64,000 bases of DNA from Alphaproteobacteria bacterium. GTDB taxonomy: Bacteria; Pseudomonadota; Alphaproteobacteria; CALKHQ01. A program made the translations under genes and the position numbers. Of this stretch, positions 1 to 8,840 are shown piece after piece. The DNA is taken from positions 832,001 to 896,000 of the forward strand of contig CBDDFZ010000002.1 of assembly GCA_965227515.1 (NCBI GenBank). The letters are read 5' to 3'. A model generated the notes under the pieces. That model was not told the origin of the DNA, ran no database searches, and was given only the letters and a program-made list of their open reading frames with translations. Within the stretch, counting starts at the first letter, position 1. The number at the start of each line of letters is the position of its first letter.

Positions 1-225
1 CTCCAACGGGTCGGCGACCACGGGCAGGCCGAACGCGGCGAAGCGCGCCGGGTCGCCATTCGCATTGATCGCGATCCGATCCACCTGCGGGCGCAGCCTG
101 TCGATGACATGGGCCAGCAGCGGCCGTCCGCCGAGCGACTTCAGCGCCTTGTCGCCACCGCCCATGCGCCGCGACAGTCCGCCGGCAAGCACGATGCCGC
201 ATATTCCAGTTTGGTCTTCTTGCAC
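1..225 (-). CDS. mobA: molybdenum cofactor guanylyltransferase, N-terminal part (runs off window start)
   Basis: Manual translation from GTG at 225: [72 protein letters not shown], carrying the LAGGxSRRMG...DK NTP-transferase motif of MobA. Confidence 0.9.
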   Translation of the reverse strand, partial: MQEDQTGICGIVLAGGLSRRMGGGDKALKSLGGRPLLAHVIDRLRPQVDRIAINANGDPARFAAFGLPVVADPLE

Positions 226-508
226 AGCGGAGCCGAGGGTGGTGCGCAGGGCCGAGATCAGTGTGCCGGCGGGCTCATGACCGCGTCCGCAACCGTGCGC
301 ACGTGGCGGGGAGGTGAGCCGACCGCCGGATTGAGAGGGGCGAGACTAAGCCTGAAAATTCACGAATTTGTCAAGAAAGGCCGGCGGGACGAGATTTCTT
401 GAACATCATGCCAAGCCTGGACATGGATGCGGACTGGTGCCGGCCGGCGCCAAATCGGTTAGGGTGCCAGCCCTTTTCCCACCCGCAACCCGCACAGGAT
501 TCAGACGC

Positions 509-691
509 ATGGCCGCCAACTCGGATTGGTTCAGACCGCTCTACAGGCGTGTCATCGTGTTCTCGTTGTGCCTGGCGGGCCTGCTGGTCGAGGTCCTGGT
601 GCTGCAGGAAGAGATCTGGACCTATGTCTGGGGCGGCATCACTGCCTATGCGGCCTACGACTTCTTCCTCAGCGGCAAATATTCCGGCTGA
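509..691 (+). CDS. small two-TM membrane protein, conserved-hypothetical type
   Basis: MAANSDWFRPLYRRVIVFSLCLAGLLVEVLV...WGGITAYAAYDFF; two hydrophobic segments, typical codon usage, AGGA upstream. Confidence 0.65.
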   Translation: MAANSDWFRPLYRRVIVFSLCLAGLLVEVLVLQEEIWTYVWGGITAYAAYDFFLSGKYSG

Positions 692-866
692 CCCTTTGCA
701 CCTGCCGGCGCACGCGAATGTTACGGTCAAGTGACCGCAGTCACTGCGTGCCCAATTGAGGTCCCATTTCCGCCCCCGAAGCGCCGGATGGGATGAGACA
801 TACGGTTCCATGCAGAACAACGGCGGCCCCATCGCGTGCGGGCCGCCCTCGAGAAGGAACCGCACC

Positions 867-1073
867 ATGTCCTACCGTCACCTGATTCTGGGCCGCAGCA
901 TCGTGGCGCACCAGCCCGCGGACACCCGTCGCGGCGATGCGCGTGCCGAAACCTCCTATCGCACTGCCGACCAGGAGCGCTTCGACGAGATGGTCCGCAT
1001 CGTCCGCCGCAACCGCGTCGTACAGCCGATCGCGGCAACCACGGGCGGCGCCGCGTTCCCGCGCCAGGGATAA
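867..1073 (+). CDS. small hypothetical protein (68 aa)
   Basis: AAGGAA RBS before ATG 867, GC3-rich codons; no family recognised. Confidence 0.5.
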   Translation: MSYRHLILGRSIVAHQPADTRRGDARAETSYRTADQERFDEMVRIVRRNRVVQPIAATTGGAAFPRQG

Positions 1074-1157
1074 AGCATCGCACTTCTTTCGCGTGCGCCA
1101 TGCGTCTACCATGCCTGCCCGGCCCACACGCGGCTGCAACAGGCATGGTGAACCCTG

Positions 1158-1997
1158 GTGGCACTGACTGACGACCAGATCGCGGCGTTCGAGCGCGATG
1201 GCTTCCTTGTCCTGGAACGCCTGATCGACCCTGCGGCCTGCGACGCGCTGCGGGCGCGGGCGGACGACCTGGTCGACGCCTTCGACCCCGGGCCGGTGGC
1301 GGCGGTGTTCTCCACCACCTCCCGGGTGCAGGACCGCGACGACTATTTCCTCGGTTCCGGCGGCGACGTGCGCTTCTTCTTCGAGGAAGACGCCTTCGAT
1401 GGCGACGGCGCGCTGACCCGCCCCAAGGCCCAGGCGCTGAACAAGTTCGGCCATGCCATGCATGATCTGGACCCGGTGTTCGACCGGTTTTCGCGCCAGC
1501 CGCAGATCGCCGAGACGGTGCGCGCGCTCGGCTACGCCGACCCCCTGCTGCTGCAATCCATGTACATCTTCAAGCCGCCCCACATCGGCGGCGAAGTGGT
1601 GCCGCACCAGGACGGGACCTTCCTTTATGCCGCGCCCAAGCCGGTGCTGGGCCTGTGGTTCGCGCTGGAGGACGCCAGCCGCGACAATGCCTGCCTGTGG
1701 GCGTTGCCGGGCGGCCACCTGGGCGGCCTGAAAAGCCGCTATGCGCGCCATACGGACGGTTCGACCGATATGACCGTGCACGACGCCACGCCGTGGGACA
1801 CTACGGGCGGCGTGGCTCTGGAGGTGCCCAAGGGCACCATGATCGCATTGCATGGCCTGGTGCCGCACTGGAGCGGCCCGAACCGGTCGGACAAGTCGCG
1901 CCATGCCTACACGCTGCATCTGCTCGACGCATCCGCCGACTACCCGGCCGACAACTGGCTGCAGCGCCCGCCCGGCATGCCTCTGCGCGGGTTCTGA
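1158..1997 (+). CDS. phytanoyl-CoA dioxygenase family (PhyH/PHYHD1-like) Fe(II)/2OG dioxygenase
   Basis: SMYIFKPPHIGGEVVPHQD (HxD), distal His in VPHWSGPNRSDKSRHAYTLH. Confidence 0.9.
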   Translation: MALTDDQIAAFERDGFLVLERLIDPAACDALRARADDLVDAFDPGPVAAVFSTTSRVQDRDDYFLGSGGDVRFFFEEDAFDGDGALTRPKAQALNKFGHAMHDLDPVFDRFSRQPQIAETVRALGYADPLLLQSMYIFKPPHIGGEVVPHQDGTFLYAAPKPVLGLWFALEDASRDNACLWALPGGHLGGLKSRYARHTDGSTDMTVHDATPWDTTGGVALEVPKGTMIALHGLVPHWSGPNRSDKSRHAYTLHLLDASADYPADNWLQRPPGMPLRGF

Positions 1998-2020
1998 CCA
2001 GCGTGACGGCGGTGCGAGCG

Positions 2021-2608
2021 ATGGCGCGATCTTGGGTTGCGGGGCTCTGCCTCGCGCTGGCGTCGGTCCCGGCACTGGGAGAGGACTTCTCCGCCAATTC
2101 CGTCGCGCAGAGTTGGGGCCTGACATCCGAGCAGAAGGCACGTTTCGAGGCCACGGTGGTCGACGTCTTGTGCGAGGTCGCCGGCGACTGCGTCGAGAAC
2201 TGCGGTGGTGGCGAGCGCCTGCTCGGCTTGCTGCGCAGCGCCGACAACGTGCTGGTGCTGGCCTCTCGCAATGCGCAGCAACTGTTCACCGGCGCGGTGC
2301 ATGACCTGCTGCCGTTCTGTGGCCAGCGGGTCGTTGTTGACGGCTTGTTGATCGGCGCGCCCGACCAGATCGCGATGCCGGTCTACGAGGTCCAGATCGT
2401 GCGCCCGGTCGACCAGACGCGGTGGGTGCCGGCGACCCGCTGGACCGAGGTTTGGGCGACCCTCTATCCCGACGCGGCGGCGCAGGCCGCGGCGACCCAC
2501 GAATTCTGGTTCCGGCACGACCCGCGTGTGCAGGCCTTGATCGCGCGCGATGGCTATCTGGGCCTGGGGCTCGATGTCGACGCCGCATTCATCGACGGGA
2601 TGTACTGA
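2021..2608 (+). CDS. secreted conserved hypothetical protein with C-x5-C-x3-C motif; paralog of 3211..3813
   Basis: Signal peptide, DFSANS...EQKARFEATVVDVLCEVAGDCVENCG; clear similarity to the downstream paralog. Confidence 0.75.
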   Translation: MARSWVAGLCLALASVPALGEDFSANSVAQSWGLTSEQKARFEATVVDVLCEVAGDCVENCGGGERLLGLLRSADNVLVLASRNAQQLFTGAVHDLLPFCGQRVVVDGLLIGAPDQIAMPVYEVQIVRPVDQTRWVPATRWTEVWATLYPDAAAQAAATHEFWFRHDPRVQALIARDGYLGLGLDVDAAFIDGMY

Positions 2609-2728
2609 CCCGACCGATTAGCGCTGGCTCCCGGCACTCTCACATCTGTGTTGTCAGCCGTGATTTGCCGTGCCCACTGCCCGACAGTACCGTTCTGACA
2701 CGGGACGACGGACAGGGAGACGCGCAAC

Positions 2729-3211
2729 ATGCGCAGGCTCGATATTTCGAAGTTGAAGCGCGGTGGCGTTGCGGCGGCGGTCGCCGTGATGGGCGCCGGC
2801 GCGGCGGTGCTGCCGGCACACGCCGAGGAGCGGGTGCAGGTCACCGGCGAGATCATAGACACCTGGTGCTACCTCTCCGGCGTGATGGGCGGCCCGGACG
2901 CGGTGGTCGGCTCCGCCCACCACACCTGCGCGCTGTGGTGTGCCGCGGGCGGCATTCCGGTCGGCGTGCTGGGCGATGACGGCACCGTCTACATGGTGCT
3001 GAAGCTGGGCAACGGCGACGACGCGATCACCGGCGGCGATGCGATCCTGGAGATCCAGTCCAACCGGATCACCGCCGACGGCACCCTCTACGAGCGCGAC
3101 GGCATCAACTACCTGGTGGTCAACGACGTGGTCGCCAACGAGGGCATCACCAACCTGTCGCACGAGACCTTCGGCGTGGTGCCGCCCTTCGCAATTCCGG
3201 CGCCGGAGTGA
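2729..3211 (+). CDS. secreted hypothetical protein with D-x2-C...HHxC-x3-C motif (possible metal-binding beta-barrel)
   Basis: AGGGAG RBS, signal peptide ending AHA, TGEIIDTWCY...HHTCALWCAAGGIPVG. Confidence 0.8.
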   Translation: MRRLDISKLKRGGVAAAVAVMGAGAAVLPAHAEERVQVTGEIIDTWCYLSGVMGGPDAVVGSAHHTCALWCAAGGIPVGVLGDDGTVYMVLKLGNGDDAITGGDAILEIQSNRITADGTLYERDGINYLVVNDVVANEGITNLSHETFGVVPPFAIPAPE

Positions 3212-3813
3212 TGGCCATGACATTCACGACGAAGCATTCGCTGCGCGGCGCGGTCGCGGCGCTCGGTACGGTGGCCTTCGCCACTGCGGCGACGGCGCAG
3301 GACTTCTCCGCCAATTCGGAGGCCAATGGCTGGGGCCTGGCATCGGAGCAGAAGGCCCGGTTCGAGGCGACAGTGGTCGACATTCTGTGCGAGCTGGCCG
3401 GCGACTGCGTCGACGACTGCGGCAACGGCGATCGCCAGCTCGGGCTGCTGCGCAGTGCCGATGATGTGCTGGTGCTGGCGGCGAAGAACACGCAGCCGAT
3501 CTTCACCGGCGCGGCCCAGGACCTCGCTCCCTACTGCAACCAGCTTGTGGAAGTGGACGGACTGCTGATCGGCCCGGCCGATCTGACCGCGATGCCGGTC
3601 TACCAGGTGCAGGTGATCCGCCCGGTCGGCGAGAGCGAGTGGAGCAAGGCCAACCGCTGGACCGAGGCCTGGACGGCCGCCAACCCGGAAGCGGCCGGCC
3701 TGGACGGGCCTTGGTTCCGTAACGACCCGCGGGTGAACGCGCTGATCGCGCGCGACGGGTTCCTGGGCCTGGGCGAGGCGGTGGACGCCGCCTTCATCGA
3801 GGAGTGGTTCTGA
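3211..3813 (+). CDS. secreted conserved hypothetical protein with C-x5-C-x3-C motif
   Basis: ATG overlaps upstream TGA (TGATG), signal peptide ending ATA, VVDILCELAGDCVDDCG. Confidence 0.8.
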   Translation: MAMTFTTKHSLRGAVAALGTVAFATAATAQDFSANSEANGWGLASEQKARFEATVVDILCELAGDCVDDCGNGDRQLGLLRSADDVLVLAAKNTQPIFTGAAQDLAPYCNQLVEVDGLLIGPADLTAMPVYQVQVIRPVGESEWSKANRWTEAWTAANPEAAGLDGPWFRNDPRVNALIARDGFLGLGEAVDAAFIEEWF

Positions 3814-4514
3814 TGGCGCGCATGAACCTGATCGTGCCCGCCGCATTGGGCCTTGCGGTGTCGTGCGTTGCCGTGGCCGCCGCCCACGACGGCGTCGTTC
3901 ACTTCTCCGAGGAAGAGGCGGCGCGCCACGAGGCGCAAGGCGGTGAGGCCTTCGAGGTCTTCGACGCGGCGACCGACGCGCCCGGCGCCGAGAGTGGCGC
4001 GGGCATTCCGGATGGGCCGGCGCTGCCGTTCCCGGTGCAGATCGAGGCCAGGTTCGACCTGATCGACCACAACGGCACGCCGCGCACCCAGGAGTCGTTC
4101 CCCGGCAAAACGCTGATGGTGTTCTTCGGCTACGCCAACTGCGATTCCATCTGCTCGGTTGCCCTGCCGCGCATGGCACAGGCGCTCGATCTGATGGGCG
4201 CGACGGCGGCCAACGTGCAGGCGGTGATGATCACGGTCGACCCGGCCAACGACACGGTCGCGGCAATGCAGGACAAGATGCCGACCTTCCATCCCGACCT
4301 GCTGGGGTTGACCGGCGATGCCGCAGCCCTGCAGGCCGCGTATGACGCCTTTCAGGTGGAGGTGAAGCAGGTGACGACGCTCCCGGATGGGCAGCCGGTC
4401 TACGCGCACGGCTCGTTCGTCTACCTGATCGGGGCCGATGGCACGCTGCTGACGGTGCTGCCGCCGATCCTCAGCTCCGAGCGTATCGCCGAGCTGGTGG
4501 AGCACTACCTCTGA
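3813..4514 (+). CDS. SCO1/SenC family copper chaperone
   Basis: FFGYANCDSIC (CxxxC), ITVDPAND, copper-ligand His in YAHGSFVYL; TGATG coupling with upstream gene. Confidence 0.92.
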   Translation: MARMNLIVPAALGLAVSCVAVAAAHDGVVHFSEEEAARHEAQGGEAFEVFDAATDAPGAESGAGIPDGPALPFPVQIEARFDLIDHNGTPRTQESFPGKTLMVFFGYANCDSICSVALPRMAQALDLMGATAANVQAVMITVDPANDTVAAMQDKMPTFHPDLLGLTGDAAALQAAYDAFQVEVKQVTTLPDGQPVYAHGSFVYLIGADGTLLTVLPPILSSERIAELVEHYL

Positions 4515-4541
4515 GGCTTCTGAGGGCGACGGCGGTCGGCG

Positions 4542-4748
4542 TCATGCGGTTGCGGCGACCTCCACGTTGGCAGGTCGTCGCTGACCGCGCCGTGCCCACA
4601 CACGCTCGTGCAGAGTGTAGGCGACGGTCTGCACCGCCGGCTCGATGATGCCGATGCCGAGCGCGATCGCCCAGTCGCCGGATAGCGCATACGCCACGGC
4701 GATTGCCACCAGCAGGTGCATCGTCGCGTAGCTCGTCGTCTTCGCCAT
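4542..4748 (-). CDS. DUF2061-like small membrane protein
   Basis: KTTSYATMHLLVAIAVAYALSGDWAIALGIGIIEPAVQTVAYTLHERVW matches the family pattern. Confidence 0.8.
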   Translation of the reverse strand: MAKTTSYATMHLLVAIAVAYALSGDWAIALGIGIIEPAVQTVAYTLHERVWARRGQRRPANVEVAATA

Positions 4749-4828
4749 GAACCGCATCTCGCAACTCCCAAGTCTGGCGCCGAGCCCTGCCTGGCCGGCA
4801 CACCCGATCGCAATGAGTGTTTTGCAAT

Positions 4829-4870
4829 TGCGACGCATTCTCATTTAGGGGTTTGCGCACTGTCTGTCAA
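4829..4870 (-). promoter_or_regulatory. sigma70-type promoter (TTGAC-N17-CTAAAT) with adjacent Fur-like palindrome TGAGA-N5-TCGCA
   Basis: Minus-strand sequence ttgacagacagtgcgcaaacccctaaatgagaatgcgtcgcaa. Confidence 0.5.
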
Positions 4871-4936
4871 TGGGTGGTGACCACGCGATGATGAGGGATT
4901 GATGTCTTCGATAATGGTGCCGCCGGTCCCCACGGG

Positions 4937-5042
4937 CGTCATTGCGAGCGCAGCGAAGCAATCCAGGCGTCAGCCGTGGCGGTTTCAATGATGTTCTGGA
5001 TTGCCGCGTCGCGCCGAAGTCTCGCCGCTCCTCGCAATGACG
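4937..5042. repeat. RPE/REP-like palindromic intergenic element (CGTCATTGCGAG...CTCGCAATGACG type)
   Basis: Terminal inverted repeat cgtcattgcgag/ctcgcaatgacg with inner gcaatccag/ctggattgc; related copy at 42583..42692. Confidence 0.8.
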
Positions 5043-5094
5043 GCTGATCGGGAAGTCGGCCCCAGCATTGACGTGCCGTCGGCGGTGAGGACAA

Positions 5095-5130
5095 ACAAAA
5101 AAGCCCTCCCCCGCGGGTGCGGGGGAGGGC
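5095..5130 (-). terminator. rho-independent terminator downstream of ibpA
   Basis: gccctcccccgc/gcgggggagggc hairpin followed by a T-run on the minus strand. Confidence 0.8.
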
Positions 5131-5162
5131 GGTTGCGTCAATCAGACCGCGTCGAGCACGGT

Positions 5163-5190
5163 GCCATTGCCATTGCCGTTGCCGTTGCCG
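5163..5190. repeat. short hexamer tandem repeat (GCCATT/GCCGTT)
   Basis: gccattgccattgccgttgccgttgccg just downstream of the ibpA stop. Confidence 0.6.
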
Positions 5191-5196
5191 GTGCGG

Positions 5197-5667
5197 CTAG
5201 GCAGCCTTCTTCTGCTCGATGGTCTTGGTGTCGCGGCCGGTCTCGTCGCCGGTGCGGATCGAGATCGTGCGGGGCCGCTTGGACTCCGGAATCTCGCGCT
5301 CCAGGGCAACGTAGAGCATGCCGTGCTCAAGGCGGGCGTCACCGACCTTGATGTCGTCGGCCAGATTGAACTGGCGCTCGAACGCACGGTTGGCGATGCC
5401 GCGATGCAGGAAGGTCCGGCCCTCGGTCTCGTCCTCGGACTGGCCCTTGATCACCAGGGACCCGTCCTGGACGGTCATCGTCAGGTTCTCGGGCGAGAAG
5501 CCGGCGACCGCGACGGCGAGCTCATACTCGTTCTCGTCGGTCTTGACGATGTTGTAGGGCGGATAGCTGGACTGCTGGCCCTGCGCCGCTGCGGAATCGA
5601 GCAGGCGGGTCATGCGGTCAAAGCCGATGCTGGAACGGAAAAGCGGGGAAAAGTCGACAGTACGCAT
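5197..5667 (-). CDS. ibpA: small heat-shock protein Hsp20 (class A, IbpA-like)
   Basis: DFSPLFRSSIGFDR, SYPPYNI, AVAGF, FLHRGIANRAFERQF, GML. Confidence 0.95.
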   Translation of the reverse strand: MRTVDFSPLFRSSIGFDRMTRLLDSAAAQGQQSSYPPYNIVKTDENEYELAVAVAGFSPENLTMTVQDGSLVIKGQSEDETEGRTFLHRGIANRAFERQFNLADDIKVGDARLEHGMLYVALEREIPESKRPRTISIRTGDETGRDTKTIEQKKAA

Positions 5668-5698
5668 CTGTACAGTCCTCCAAGAAGCAACTGAGATG
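5665..5698 (-). ncRNA. ROSE-like RNA thermometer hairpin in the ibpA 5' UTR
   Basis: CAUCUCAGUUGCUUCUUGGAGGACUGUACAGAUG: UUGCU motif pairs with the GGAGGA SD with a bulged G; CAUCU pairs with AGAUG. Confidence 0.8.
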
Positions 5699-5771
5699 TC
5701 AAATGGCCCCCGATGGTTCGGCGAGCCGGTTCACGCGATCGACCCGTAGCCGGCATCGATCGACAGCAAGC

Positions 5772-5801
5772 GATATGGGAACGGGCCGGCCCCGATTCAA
5801 G
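5772..5801 (-). promoter_or_regulatory. RpoH (sigma32)-type promoter of ibpA
   Basis: Minus strand CTTGAA-N16-CCCATAT. Confidence 0.7.
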
Positions 5802-5932
5802 ACCCCGGTGATGCTGTGATTTGGCATCCAGATGAGGATTCGGCATACTGGCCCCACATGCCCTGCTGGATCGGGGGACCGCCCATGCGGGGCGGCCAGG
5901 ATTGGGGATGATGGCCAGGACGGTGCAGGACG

Positions 5933-6331
5933 ATGAGTGAATCGCCGCTGTTTTTCAGCAAGCTCTACGACGAGACAATGGCGCAGCTTTGCGAGGCGCG
6001 CGACCTGATCGGCCGGCGCATGGGCGCCGATGCGTCGCTGCCGATCCCCGTGAGGCTCGCGTACAGCCGTGAGACCATGCGCCTGAGCACGCGCCTGACC
6101 AGCGTGATGGCGTGGCTCCTGATGCAGCGCGCGGTGATCGAGGGGGAAATGTCCGCGGCCGATGCCGCCAAGGACGAGCACCGTCTGGCCGGTCGCGACC
6201 TCTGCCTGGAGGGTGCCTGCGCCGAGCACGACGAATTGCCGGCGGCCCTTCGCGCCTTGCTCGACCAGAGCCATGGCCTCTACCAGCGCGTGGCGCGGCT
6301 CGACGACATGGTGGCAAGTCAGGCTGGCTGA
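5933..6331 (+). CDS. rcdA: RcdA/DUF1465 family regulator of CtrA degradation
   Basis: LYDETM...LAYSRETMRLSTRLTSVMAWLLMQRAVIEGEMS...LP..LRALLDQS..LYQRVARLD. Confidence 0.85.
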   Translation: MSESPLFFSKLYDETMAQLCEARDLIGRRMGADASLPIPVRLAYSRETMRLSTRLTSVMAWLLMQRAVIEGEMSAADAAKDEHRLAGRDLCLEGACAEHDELPAALRALLDQSHGLYQRVARLDDMVASQAG

Positions 6332-6374
6332 TAATTGCCGCCAACCCTTGCGTCCAACAACCCAGCGGGGGTGA

Positions 6375-7984
<1,610 letters not shown>

Positions 7985-7988
<4 letters not shown>

Positions 7989-8728
7989 TCGGCCCCATCG
8001 AGCTGGTGGCAGGCGCGCACCTGCGCGTTGAACCGCTCCAGGAACCCGGCGTTCATCGCCAGGAACGCGGGATCGAAATAGACACCGAGGCGGTACCGGC
8101 TTTCGTCGCGATTGACCCATGGCACCGGCTCCAGCTTCATCTGGCTGGTGACCTGGGCCATGCGGTTGGTCGACGCCAGGACCGCCTGCACCCGATCGTG
8201 CTGCAGCAGGTGTGCGAGCTGATCGGCCGACCGGACCGCGGCCGCCACCGTATAGCCCTGCTCGTTCAGCCAGCGGCAGGCGCCGGAATCGACCACCGCG
8301 CCGACGATGCCGAACATCTGGAAGTCGGCCGTATTGGGGTCGAGATCGGCGCCGTCCGGGACGAACCAGGCCCAATCCTGTGCCAGCAATGGCACCGACA
8401 TGGTCGCGATCTGGTGGATGTCGTCCTCGGTGATCTCGGTGATCACGCCTTCGGCCTGGCCGGCCCGCATGGCGCCGAGCGCGCGTCCCAGCGGCAGGTA
8501 TTCGATACGGAACGGCTGGTCCATCCGATCCATCGCGCATCGAACGACGGCGATGTCCTGCCGGTCCTGGGCGCCGCCGTTGGCAACTTCAAAGTGTGCG
8601 AAGCCCGAAGGGCGCGTCAGCAGCAGCAGTTCTTCCGCCGGGTCTGCGCTGCCGGGCCCTGTCATCGCCGATACCACCAAAGCAGAGGCCAGGCTGGTAC
8701 GCGTCAACCAAATCATCTCTTTCCTCAT
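7985..8728 (-). CDS. periplasmic substrate-binding protein (family 3-like)
   Basis: Signal peptide; IEYLPLGRALGAMRAGQAEG, ...FLERFNAQV pattern of standalone PBPb proteins. Confidence 0.65.
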
Positions 8729-8840
8729 CCCCGGGTCGACGCGTCGAGCGACATACCTGAAGCTGTGTAGTCGGTGGCCGGCCGTTGAATCAGCCGACGG
8801 ATCGGGGAACCCCGGCTGGCGCCGGGGGGCCCGTTTGCGG

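Noticed and set aside
5142-5387. ORF with GNGNGNG repeat
   Set aside because: Off-frame overlap of ibpA; the repeat is a simple hexamer run in the 3' UTR
7989-8540. N-terminal extension of the kinase ORF in the track
   Set aside because: Overlaps the binding-protein gene out of frame; ATG 7988 with ATGA coupling is the better start
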